A DNA stretch of 63,507 nt, filler included, from Reticulomyxa filosa (GCA_000512085.1; 18 parts of 18 records of this genome joined end to end with filler, not necessarily neighbours in it), one strand, 5' to 3'; positions 51,803 through 63,054 are shown, counted from the whole stretch's first letter. Notes: generated by a model from the sequence alone, not told the origin. A program made the numbers and translations.

Positions 51803-53086
51803 ATGGCCGCAGCTTCGCCATCTTCTTCTACCAATCCATCCTTTTTTAAAGTTGCTACCTTGAAAGGTCACGAAGACAGTGTAACTTGTGTAGATTGGAC
51901 TGAAACAGCTCCGGCGTTGATTCTCTCAGGTTCTCAAGACAAAACAGTAAAAGTATGGGACATACGAGATAAGAAAGCGAATATACAAACATATGATTTT
52001 GGAAAAAGTGGTAGTATAACTTCAATAAAAATGAAATCCGACACAATCTTTGTTGCAACGAGTGATTGTAAAGTACACAAAATGGATATGAGAATGACCG
52101 ATCAATCACAAATGTCACATCAATATGTAGATGAAATTTCATGTATGAGAATAGGAAAGAAAGATAACGATGGCAGTGATATATTAATAATTGGGGATGA
52201 TAGTGGTCGTGTGACCCAAATGAATACAAATTCAAATACAATTTTGAGTGAACAAATAGTACATAAAAACGCAATAGTATGTGATATGTCTGTCGATGCG
52301 GAAAGTGAATGGGGATGGAGTGTGGGAACAGATATCACACTGATGCAATGGCAATTATGCGCAAAGTGTGTGCAAGCGAATAGTGATGAAAATGAGAAAA
52401 AACAGCAAAATACATCCAATGCCAGCAATAAAAAAAACGCAAAACATTCGACCAAAAAAAAAGACAGAAAATTATTGAAACAACATTCAATCACTGAAAT
52501 GCTTGAAAAGTATGGAGAAAACAATAGCAGTAATTCAGCTTCAATTAATCCTCCTTATGGCTATAGCATGGACGGCTTGCGAATTAACAATTCATCCAAT
52601 TCCAATGATGGAAATCATTCTGATTCTTCCAATCACTTACTTTCATTAGCTTTAGGAAACGGAGATGTTATTTTAAAGTGTTTTAATTCCAATTATCAAC
52701 ACAATGCTTGCACAGTGGTCAACGCTTATCATAGTGCCGTTTGCTCGATGTTTAGATAGATATACACATTTTTATCTATATACATATGTATGTATGCGTA
52801 TATTATTTCTTTTGCAAAGCTAAATATAAAAAAAAAAAAAAAAATTTGAAATAGCAAATTTGCACGCTTTCGTGAAGATATGTTTGTTTCGATTGGCACA
52901 AACAAAGAGATAACCATGTGGGGATGGAAAATTGAAGAAAAAGAAAAAACTAAGGAGATTAAAGTCAAACCGGTGATTAAATCACAATGCAACAACAAAG
53001 TCAATGATATGATCACAACGAACATAAGTGGAGCCAAAATTATTTTAGCAGATGTTTCCAATGATGTTGCTTTGCTCAATTGGTAA
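51803..53086 (+). CDS. WDR53-like WD40 protein, 2 exons
   Basis: LKGHEDSVTC, SGSQDKTVKVWD, DEISC, IGDDSG, INPPYGYS and LALGNG. Intron ~52750-52854. Confidence 0.7.
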
Positions 53087-54127
53087 AACACAAGCGTGCT
53101 GGTCCCTGACCTCCTAGAGGTTCTGGCCTTCAAAGCTGCGTATATCGCTTTCCTTCCTTTTGAAAAAACTGCATTGAATTAATGTCTGTTTTTCTCCGAA
53201 CTAAATTCCAACATCATAAAAAAAATAACAAACAATAATACTATCAATCGAAATCAGATTATAAAGAACACTTTACTTTGTTCTCTTTCCTTCTTCTTGG
53301 TTTTGAGGATTTTAAACATCAAATTTCTCAATTGTCACAACAAAACTAAGATAATAAAATAATTTAACTACTTTTGCCCATACACTTTTAATGACAATGT
53401 AAAAAATAAAGTTACGAATGTATCAATGGATCGTTATCAAATTAGCTAAAATAAAATTATGTTGGCACAACTAATAAGTTCAAGTTTTTTAATTACAATA
53501 TGAAACTAAATTCTTTCAAAAAACCAATAATAAAAAGTGTGATTCATGTGCTAGTTTTTGAGGACCCGTTATAATAATTAACAATTTAAAATTTATTACA
53601 AATTGTACAAATTTGAAAAATATTTTCACAATTTAAGAAGATATCTCACTATGTACCAATTTATTTTATTTAGTACAATTGATCTCAAACAAACAAAATA
53701 AAAATGATACATTTATCCAGTATATGCATCGCACTTCTTTATTTAAAAAATTTGACACAATCTTTATGTGTACAAACTAAAAATTAAAATAGTTATTTAA
53801 TAAGTTGGAATTATTAAAATAATTTTGTTGAAATTTTTGTTTGAATTAATTCCTTTGTCTTCTTTTCAAAAGTTGAATGGCAAAACACATCAATATAACA
53901 GTCACGTTGAAACTGATTTTACAGTAACAATAGGAAATGTTGAATGTCTATTTTGTATTGCACATTTTTGCTTTAAAAGTGTTATAATATCAAAATTAAA
54001 TCATTTCAACGTATCTTTAAAAAACATNNNNNNNNNNNNNNNNNNNNNNNNNNNNNNNNNNNNNNNNNNNNTTAATTAATTAANNNNNNNNNNNNNNNNN
54101 NNNNNNNNNNNNNNNNNNNNNNNNNNN

Positions 54128-57100
54128 TTTACATGAGACGACAAAAAAAAAAAAAACAAAGTCCATGTGGCCCTGTTTTTCACCTAGCATATCCTCTTGA
54201 AACAGGGTATGAAGCATCTCTTGCAAAATATACTCCTTTACCGTATAACGAAGTTGAATTGTAGTCACGTAAAAATCCCTATCACGTTCACATATATGTT
54301 CAGCGCAGTGATGCAAACAAACAAAAAAATCTTAGTTTCACAAAACTTTGTTACAAATCTCTGGGATGCTCTTGCTGTGTGAACCTTTACAAATTAAAAA
54401 CAAAAAAAGTTTGTAAAAATAAAAAATATTGAGATTTTCATTTTTAAAAGTATTAATAAATTTTAAAAAATAAAAAAAATCAACCGTGCCACATCCATCG
54501 AATGTTCTTTGTTGCAGGAGTAATTCTTTTGGTTGTCAACCAAGTATTCTCCAAATTTTGATGCTGGTACCATGTGTGCAAGTTTTGCACAACGAATACT
54601 TTGAGAACTTGGTAATCGGCTCGGCTTGTAGTAGAATAAAATTCTTTAACTGCTTGTTTTGCCAAATCGTGATTTTCAATGTCCACTGGCACGTTGTAGC
54701 CATCGCTCCCGCTGAGACTTGTGTAAGTTGGAATCCACCAGCTGGGAAGTTCGTCTTGTTCCTTGGAGTCATTGGCGTCCTCGTAGTTTTCCATTGCCCA
54801 CCATTTTTGTTCCTCATCTTTGTTGTTCTGAACAAAGACGGAGGGAGCCTAGTTTGAGTTGTGGTTTGTTCACAAGAGTGGCAGGAGGGGGGCACACATG
54901 ATAATGTGTTTAAAAAAAAAATGATAATTTGAACATCAAAGTTACAAAACTGGCTCATCATCATAAGTATCCATATTATTTTGATTGGATAGATCATCAG
55001 AATAGACCTGGTTTTGTCTCGCATTAGGCATGCTGACGAAGAAAATGTCGTACGCGGTGGTGTCTTGGCTTTCGACGCAATACCACTCCCCCATTTTGCT
55101 CTTCCGCACCCGGTCTCGAATTTGGTGCAGTATTTGATTCAACGAGCAATTTTTCTTGTACGCTTCAGATACCACGTCTTTCATGGATTGGCTGAGCAGT
55201 GAAGAGTCACTGACCACATGTCCTTTGGTGGTCGACCAGATCGTTAAAAGCCATCATCATTGTGTCCGTAATATTGTTGTTGTGTGACATGTTCTTCTTT
55301 TCCTCGAAAGATTACTTGATGAGCCTTGGGTGTGTTTCGACCACGACACGCGTCGACAATAAATATCTTTGGAAATTCTTGGAAGGATTTCATTCGATGG
55401 CAATTGAAAGCATTTCGGATTTCGTCGATCGACACCGATTTGCCTTCGCTTGTGACTAATACGTTTCCGTCGTCTCCATGTCCGCAAATGACCATGATTA
55501 ACCCGTCATAGTTGTTTGCGTTTTTGCGTAGTTTGTGACTAATGATTGTCCCTTCCACAAAGTCTTTGACATCTTCTTGTGTCATTTTTTCTGAGTCGTT
55601 GCACACAAATGTAAACTTGAGTTCTTTTTCGAACAAATCTTTAAAGTTTTTTATGTCCTTGTCTTTCACGTTCTTCAAGCTAGGCCATCCACCACTTTCA
55701 CTGTATTCACTGATCCCGACCATTATCACCAATGCCTTTTTCATTAGTTTCTGTGTTCCCGTTGTACTGGCCGCTTGGGCCGCTGCGTTCCAAACAACTT
55801 TAAACGATAGCTCCTCTTTTTCAAATGCTCTCAGCAAATCTTCATCCGAACCGATTACTTGGTCGCTCATATCCACAATTTTCAATTTTAAATTCATTAG
55901 ATGGATGTTTTCATAGTCCACATCTTCTAAATTGTGATAACTTTGCCGGAGCAATTCCTTAAACGTTAATTCTTTCAATTTTGTCGATTTTTGCTTGTTG
56001 TTAATTGTTAATTGCACTGTTACCTTTTATTTATTTATTTTTTTTGCAAAAACAAAAAAAAATGAAATTGATGTCGTTTAAAAAATCTTTAAAAATACAT
56101 CTATTGCAAATAGAATATCTCAACTTGGTCGTCATCGTCTTTATTGTCCTCTACATGCTATTTAAACAACAAAATCAAATTTTGCATTGAAAATAAAAAA
56201 CAAAGTGAAAATGTATTTATTTGTATTTTCTCGAGACATACCTCCTCCGGGGGACGGTAAATGATATAACTTTGAATAGCGACACAAATAGTATTGATAT
56301 TTACATCTTTTAAATCATTTTTCCATTTACTTTTGGTCAGCAACCACGTCCGAAAATCTTCACGTGGTAACTGTTCAAACTTTCCAATCATTTCTTGTTT
56401 ATCATTTTCATTTCTTTCTTTCCACCATACCATCCACTTCTTCCTCTCTTCCTTTCTCAATTTTTTTGTTTCCCCCACCCAATACAATCAGTTTTCTTTT
56501 TGTTGTCTTCCAACGCAAGGTCCCACACAAAAAAACTCACATAGGCTTCTTCGTTCAGTTCTAACTCTTCATCATTATTTTTTTCATTTTTTTGTTCTTG
56601 TTCATTCGATTGCTCCGATTGGTTTGACCCTAAGTCACTTTGTGTATCCTCCCATTCAAAATCTTCACGCATATAATCTTGTTGTAAACTTTGTTCCGGT
56701 TCTTGTCCTTGTTTTTGTTCTTGTCGCTGTTCTTGTTCTCGTTGCTGGTCTTGTTCTTTTCTTTTCTGCTCTTCCTCAGCAGTCATTTTCAGGATAGCCA
56801 ATATGTCATCATCATCACCGTAGTCTTGACTTGAGGAAAAAGGTAAATCGTTATGTTCATCGAAACTTCCACTACGCGTGACTTCGTTGCTGTGAAGAGT
56901 AGGCTGAGCGTGATTGAGTACAACAGAAAACGAGTTCAAAGCTCGAAGTAACGAAGCATCCACAAGAGGTCTGGGAATAGTGCTCGAGTGTTCGATTTCA
57001 GTATCCTGCATATCTTCATCCTCCACCCACACCCCGACCGCGGTCCTCAAGTGTGTATATATAGACTCCTCTCCATCGTACCCTCCGAGGACATGCACGT

Positions 57101-57995
57101 GCGTACGGTCTTCATTTAATATTGCCATGCAGCCGCTCAAAGCAATGGGTAGAGTGTACTTGGCTTTCGTCCATTCCCCTTTGGATATGGAGTATACATG
57201 CACTGCGTCGGTTGGTGCGGACAATGCATCCCATCCACCAAAAAACAAGATGGCATCGTTGATACGTACACATCCATATCCGTTGAAGGGTTGAATTGTC
57301 GAACAAACTTGTAACTTTTGAAATGTAAACTCGTTGTTTGTTTCATCGTACTCAATTGATAATCCTGTTTTTCTGCAAAATAATGTCATTTCTGTTTTCT
57401 TGTTTTTTGCCAATCTGTTGTCCGTATTCAGCACAAAACAGTGATAACATATACTGTTATCGTCTGTCGGTAAGGTACCATGTTTGACGTATTGAAATTT
57501 GTTTAAGTCAAATACATCTATATTCTTTGGGGAGTAAGTGATGAACAACAAATGATTGTTGCTTCCACCAAGCACTGCACGCACTCCATTATAATCATCT
57601 GGTTTTCTTCCTAGAACTACTGACCGTCTAAATTTTCCTGTAAAAGGGAGCCACTGACCGAAATCTTTTGCTGATTTCGATCCTCGAGATTGCTGATCGG
57701 AATACCTCATCACCAATGCATGTTTGTATACTCCGCCAAATGACAACAAGGTGGTTTCATTTGGGTCGTTGTTTTTCATCAACTTAATCACATAGTGTCC
57801 AGCCAATAAAATATCCTTTGGAAAAGGGTATATGGATTTGTACTCATTCGTAATTTCATCATAGGAGTAGCAATTGTTGCTTTGAAAACTTCCACAGATT
57901 AAGATTTCGTGTTTGTGAAACACACATTGACTTTGTAAAAGTGGAACTGGCAAAGGAGCCAGCCTTTGAAATGGATCTTGAGTGTCCATATTCAA
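54128..57995 (-). CDS. Multidomain Kelch - helical - PB1-like - caspase (peptidase C14) - PARP/ART fusion protein, 3' truncated at contig end
   Basis: Exons 57995-56541, ~56451-56242, ~56157-56125, 56023-54951 (1-nt loss in the T-run at 55246-55249), 54848-54485, 54384-54347 and 54278-54184, all with GT-AG introns that preserve frame. Motifs: Kelch (LFFGGW, VLGGYDG), ICGHG, IVDACRG, WMWHGS and LYGKGVYFARDASY. Confidence 0.8.
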
Positions 57996-58664
57996 GATTT
58001 TTTCTTACAAAGTTGCTTACTTTGCTCGTTTCGCGTTCGAGAATGTGGAGTAGATTTTGAATCACAGGGGCGAAAAAAATCAGAGTTAGCAAAACTCTTT
58101 TTGTCAGAATTTCTTTAGCTGTATAGAAAAACACTTAAGTAACAGCGTATTCATTGACCTTCTGTGCTAAAGTTTCCTTTTTCAAACAGTACAAACTGAA
58201 CATAAAATTGCTGTAATAAATTATATTTTGTGGATGGCAGTTGATCTTTGTCTTTTCAAGTTACATTTAAAAAAATATATTCGGAGCGGCATAAAATTCA
58301 ACGGCCCAAGTAATACTTAAAAACCTAACAATTTTTCTTCGAAAAAGAGTGTTACAAATGCCAATAATAAGCTTTGTGATAATACCAAAAAAATAGTACT
58401 AAATGTATGTTTTGCGTTGAGAAAGTCTAGTATCTTCACAACAAACATTTTTTTTGCAGTATTGTACCAAACGAAAATTAACAGATTTTTGTTGTGAATT
58501 TCTAGCCCATCTTGAATGAACATTGATCCAAAGATTAATATGCTGAGAAAAATTCATTTCATTTGATTTACTTCAAAATAATCAAGTTAATTAAAATTTT
58601 TTTAAACTTACAACAAAAAACCTCAAAAAGCTTACTTATTTCTTGTAAAAAAAAGATAAAGATT

Positions 58665-60351
58665 TTACACAGATTTTCGCTGTTGGAAAACGATATAATA
58701 ATCAATTGCGTTTTTACTTTCCACACAGTGCCATTCATTTTTATTGCAAATTTCCGTCATAATATCTTGCAACATTTGGTTGAATGAATAACCACTCTTA
58801 TATGTTGACGTGACAATATTTTTCATGCATTGACTCAACAATGACAGTTTGCCTACTGTATTTCCTTTGGTAGTTGACCAAATAACTAAAAAACCGTCAT
58901 AATTGCGTAATCCTCTTATTCCTCGGATTGCAGATTTCTGAGGCTCTGCAATCTTAGTGTGACAAACATCAATGATAAATATCTTAGGGAAATCTTCAAA
59001 TGATTGCATTCGCTCGCAATCAAAGGAATCTTGAAATTTAGCAATGGGTATATACTTTCCGTCACTTGTTACCAACACATCTCCTTCGTCTCCTCGACCT
59101 CCATATCCACAAAAAATCATAATCAACCCATCATATTTGTTTGTATTATTGCGAAGTCCGTGATCGATGATTACTTGATTCATAAAATTTTGAATATTTT
59201 CCTTTGTCATTTTCGGTGACGAATTACATACAAATGTATAATTCAATTCTTGTTCAAATAATTGTTTAAAATTTTCAGTGTCATCTTCTTTCACACCTGA
59301 AAGATTAGGCCATCTTTCATTGTCAATATATTCACTAATTCCAATCATTATTACCAATACATTTTTTATCTTTTTTTTCTTTCCAATTATTATTGAGGGC
59401 TGAAATGGAACCAAGTTTATTTCAAATAAGGGTCCACCACTTTCAAATTCTCTTTTTACATCTTCATCAAATTCAATAATATCATTTTTCATGTTAACCA
59501 ATTCAAGTCTTAAATTTTCAGTTCTCATTTTTTGGAGATGTTTCTCTTCCAAACAATTATGACTTTGACGAAGAAGTTCTCCAAATGTCAATTCTTTCAT
59601 TTTTATCAAGTTCTTTCTTTCACCCATTATTACACACGCTGTCAACTATTTATGTGTTATTATTATTATAATCCGATCAAAAAATAATAGCAATCAAAGA
59701 GTGTATAATTAACTTCTTCTTTGTTGTCCTCATTGTTCTATTTGTTAAATAACACAATATATCATTATCAATTAAATGTAAAAAAAAAAATGAAAAAAAC
59801 AACATAACAGAGTCAAGATAAGCATCAACAGAAAGGCGAATAGAATCTATATCATCTCCTGTGATTTCATTTTTCCATTTACTGTCATTCAATAACCACA
59901 TTCCAAATTGTTCGGTTGGTATTGTTTGAAATTTTGAAATAATCTCTGTTTTTTCTTTTTCTTCTCTTTGGCCCCACCATCTCCTCCACATTTTATATTT
60001 TCCCTTTTTTTTTGTTTGTTTGTATGTAGGCTATAACATATATACAATACAATAGAAAAAAAAACACAAACTCCCAACATTGATGTTTTTCATTTTTGTA
60101 AACACTTGATTTTCACTTTTCTTGATATTCTATTAATAAAGTAAAAATTTATTACATTTTCGCAATTCACATATTTTTATTGAAAAAAAAACATAAGTCG
60201 CATTTTTTTTTTGAGCATATACAAAGCAATTATCCTTAAATATAGGGACAACAGAAAAGTAACACTGAACATTGCCATATTGTTGCTCATTTTCCTCTTT
60301 TTTTGCTATTTTGTCCATTTTGTCATCGTTTTCTTCTTTTTCTTCTTTTTC
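58665..60351 (-). CDS. Tandem paralog: helical - PB1-like - caspase-like domain with catalytic His replaced by Tyr; no PARP; 5' truncated
   Basis: The WWGQREEKEKTEIISKF exon and the KELTFGELLRQS...VIMIGISEY...DGLIMIFCGYGG...PKIFIIDVCH...GFLVIWSTTKG exon align with the neighbouring gene. Confidence 0.85.
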
Positions 60352-60463
60352 NNNNNNNNNNNNNNNNNNNNNNNNNNNNNNNNNNNNNNNNNNNNTTAAT
60401 TAATTAANNNNNNNNNNNNNNNNNNNNNNNNNNNNNNNNNNNNNNNNNNNNCAAGTACAATGC

Positions 60464-60491
60464 AAAAAGCCCAGCCAAGAGGCTGGGCTTT
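60464..60491 (-). terminator. Rho-independent terminator downstream of tRNA-Lys
   Basis: The minus strand reads AAAGCCCAGCC-TCTT-GGCTGGGC-TTTTT. Confidence 0.85.
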
Positions 60492-60505
60492 CTGACAGGA
60501 ATTGA

Positions 60506-60581
60506 TGGTAGGCCGTGCGGGACTCGAACCTGCGACCAACGGATTAAAAGTCCGCTGCTCTACCAACTGAGCTAACGACCC
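60506..60581 (-). tRNA. tRNA-Lys(TTT)
   Basis: 76 nt: GGGTCGTTAGCTCAGTTGGTAGAGCAGCGGACTTTTAATCCGTTGGTCGCAGGTTCGAGTCCCGCACGGCCTACCA. Anticodon TTT, encoded CCA. Confidence 0.97.
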
Positions 60582-60598
60582 GTCCTTGAGAGAAAGCG

Positions 60599-60627
60599 AC
60601 TATACGCCCGTGGCTTTTTTGCGTCAA
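60599..60627 (-). promoter_or_regulatory. Sigma70 promoter of tRNA-Lys
   Basis: TTGACG-17 bp-TATAGT on the minus strand, 17 bp upstream of the tRNA. Confidence 0.75.
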
Positions 60628-60694
60628 GCTTTTTTTACAGAAATCTGCATTTAACCCTATCCGGGAACCCTTGGCCGCCAAGCGCAGACTCATT

Positions 60695-61018
60695 TCATGA
60701 CAATGGCGCCACGCTGTCCACAACCCAGCCCAGGTAGGCCGGCAAGCCGGTTTCCACCGGTAGCGCCACGATTTCTGGCACCTCGTACGGGTGCAGCTCT
60801 TGGATTTTGGCCTGAAGCGCCGCATATTGACCGGATGTGGTCTTGATCAGCAGCGGAATCTCGCTGGCGCTTTCGGTCTGGCCCTGCCAGCGGTACACCG
60901 ACTGGCACGGGGCCAGTATATTGACGCAAGCGGCCAGCTGCGCCTCTACCAATACCGTGGCCATCTGCGTGGCCAGTGCCGCATCCGGCACGTTGCACAC
61001 TACGATTAACACTTTCAT
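60695..61018 (-). CDS. cutA: Divalent-cation tolerance protein CutA
   Basis: LAACVNI, SVYRWQG, E..LLIKT and LHPYEVPEI. Confidence 0.95.
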   Translation of the reverse strand: MKVLIVVCNVPDAALATQMATVLVEAQLAACVNILAPCQSVYRWQGQTESASEIPLLIKTTSGQYAALQAKIQELHPYEVPEIVALPVETGLPAYLGWVVDSVAPLS

Positions 61019-61033
61019 GCGGATATCCGTTTC

Positions 61034-61498
61034 ATGCGTGGATTACTGATTCTGTTCCTGCTGTACCCGTTTCTGGAGATGTACTCGCTATTTGCGCTGG
61101 CCGACCACATCGGTGGCGGCTGGACGCTGGCCTGGGTCATCGTCACCTTCCTGCTGGGTAGCGCGCTGATGCGCAACAGCAAACTGGGTGGCCTGCTGAC
61201 GCTGGCCGGCACGCTGCGCGAAGGTAAAGTCTCGCTGTTTTCGCTGCTGTGGCCACTGCGCGTGATGCTAGCCGGCCTGCTGCTGGCCATCCCCGGCCTG
61301 GTCAGCGACGTGCTGGCCATCATCCTGATGCTGCCGTGGAAAGGCCCCAAACTGGCAGACCTCAACATGAACCAGCCGTTCGGCCAGGGCGGCGAGCAAC
61401 CGTTCCAGCGCCAGCCCGGTGGCGAGCAGGGTGACATCATCGAAGGCGAGTACGAACACGTACAGCGCCCGGCGCCGGACGACCGTCGCCTGCACTGA
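61034..61498 (+). CDS. fxsA: FxsA-family membrane protein
   Basis: YPFLEMY, IGGGWTL, AGLLLAIPGLVSD and C-terminal DIIEGEY. Confidence 0.9.
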   Translation: MRGLLILFLLYPFLEMYSLFALADHIGGGWTLAWVIVTFLLGSALMRNSKLGGLLTLAGTLREGKVSLFSLLWPLRVMLAGLLLAIPGLVSDVLAIILMLPWKGPKLADLNMNQPFGQGGEQPFQRQPGGEQGDIIEGEYEHVQRPAPDDRRLH

Positions 61499-61517
61499 GG
61501 CACAGGCCGTGCTGCGG

Positions 61518-61810
61518 CTACTGCGGTAACAGCATGGCCAGCGCGGCGGCGGCATCCAGCCCGTCTACCGCCACGATCTTGTGGCGATTGCGCTCGCCGC
61601 TCAGCAGGGTTACCGCCTTGCGTGGTACGCCCAGATAGTCGGCCAACCAGCGCAGCAGCTCGGCGTTGGCCTTGCCTTCTACCGGCGGCGCGGCCAAGCG
61701 GATCTTCAGCGCTTCGCCGTGCTCGCCCGCCACTTCGCTCTTGCGTGCACGGGCTGAACGTGCAAGGTTAGGCGTATGCCGGTCGGCTGAACGGTTAACC
61801 AGGTTTTCAT
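61518..61810 (-). CDS. yggU: DUF167 / YggU family protein (one G missing near 61750)
   Basis: True N-terminus [20 protein letters not shown](G)ARKSEVAG, then [15 protein letters not shown] and [13 protein letters not shown] is present where CCCGGT is expected. Confidence 0.88.
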
Positions 61811-61874
61811 CGGGCACCTTCGTACAAAAGGGTGCATTGTAAATCGACCAGACTCACTTCACGGGAGTATCACC

Positions 61875-62280
61875 ATGGATATCGGCATTTCCGAACAGGA
61901 TCGCGCCCGCATCGCTGAAGGCCTGTCCCGCCTGCTGGCAGACAGCTACACGCTGTACCTGAAAACCCACTTCTTCCACTGGAACGTCACCGGCCCGATG
62001 TTCCAGACCCTGCACCTGATGTTCGAGGCGCAATACAACGAGCTGGCGCTGGCGGTAGACCAGGTAGCCGAGCGCATCCGCGCGCTGGGCCACGTGGCGC
62101 CGGGCAGCTACGCCGACTACGCGCGCCTGACGTCCATCAGCGAAAGCCAGGGCGTACCGAAGGCGCAAGACATGATCCGCGAGCTGGTACAAGGCCACGA
62201 AACCGTGTGTCGCACCGCGCGTTCGCTGTTCCCGCTGGCCGACGCTGCCAGCGACGAACCCACCGCCGACCTGCTGACGC
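61875..62280 (+). CDS. dps: Dps (DNA starvation/stationary-phase protection, mini-ferritin), 3' truncated
   Basis: [31 protein letters not shown] and [11 protein letters not shown]. Confidence 0.95.
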
Positions 62281-62484
62281 NNNNNNNNNNNNNNNNNNNN
62301 NNNNNNNNNNNNNNNNNNNNNNNNTTAATTAATTAANNNNNNNNNNNNNNNNNNNNNNNNNNNNNNNNNNNNNNNNNNNNTATTTTTAAAAATAAAAAAA
62401 ATTATATGATCTAATAAAAACTCATACATTATTTTTTGTCTTTGTTTAATACTTGACACTAGACAACATGTTTTTTGAAAATGA

Positions 62485-63054
62485 TCATTTAGAAAAAAAG
62501 TAACAAAAAATATTTTTAATTTTATCTATAATATTATTATCTTTTTTCTTGTAGTAAACGTCTTTCATTGCATTAGCCAATAAACGTTGTGAACAGTAAA
62601 CTGGAATAATTGAATCAATTTTTTTTCCACAATCACAACAATGTCTAAACGTTTGCAAATCATTTGATGACTGTATATGTCCGCAACTCAAATTTTCATT
62701 GTCTTTTTGAAATGGAATGGCAGGCGATGTTATTAAACTACACCAATCATAATGTCCGATCGATTGTAGTATATCATCATCTTCGTCTAAACCAAACATC
62801 TTTTTAATTGTAGTTAATTCGTCTTTGTAATTTTGTTTATTTTTTAATTCTTGTTCTAAATTTTGTATAGTTATACTGTGATTTTGAATATTATTGTGAA
62901 GATGATTTAATGCGTCTTTCGTAAAACAATCTAAGTTTCTGTATATCCTTTTTGCATGCTTTGTGTATTTATGTATAAAAATTTGTAAGCAAACATTTGT
63001 ATGTATGTATGTATTAAATAAATAAGTTAAGAGTGCGATCTGAAAAGACATCAA
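62485..63054 (-). CDS. Hypothetical protein with coiled coil and degenerate RING/U-box-like Cys/His motif
   Basis: WCSLI...LSCGHIQ...HCCDCGKKIDSIIPVY. The start is uncertain. Confidence 0.4.
   Translation of the reverse strand: MMSFQIALLTYLFNTYIHTNVCLQIFIHKYTKHAKRIYRNLDCFTKDALNHLHNNIQNHSITIQNLEQELKNKQNYKDELTTIKKMFGLDEDDDILQSIGHYDWCSLITSPAIPFQKDNENLSCGHIQSSNDLQTFRHCCDCGKKIDSIIPVYCSQRLLANAMKDVYYKKKDNNIIDKIKNIFCYFFSK

Larger units (their letters stand above)
60452..62280. other. Bacterial (likely betaproteobacterial) contig in a eukaryotic assembly
   Basis: Markedly GC-rich, gene-dense and intronless, with a sigma70 promoter, an intrinsic terminator and a CCA-encoding tRNA. It is bounded by linkers on both sides. 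Confidence 0.95.

Noticed and set aside
55244-55252. Programmed ribosomal frameshift between caspase subunits
   Set aside because: The paralog is in frame here (DGFLVIWSTTKG), there is no slippery heptamer, and similar single-base losses occur elsewhere, including in the bacterial contig.
61518-61817. ORF-track N-terminus [14 protein letters not shown] for the DUF167 gene
   Set aside because: It is the wrong frame. The canonical LHVQPGA start lies in the frame beginning at ATG 61810.
60133-62280. Horizontal transfer or functional linkage of the bacterial genes to the caspase locus
   Set aside because: A linker separates them, so adjacency between contigs carries no information.
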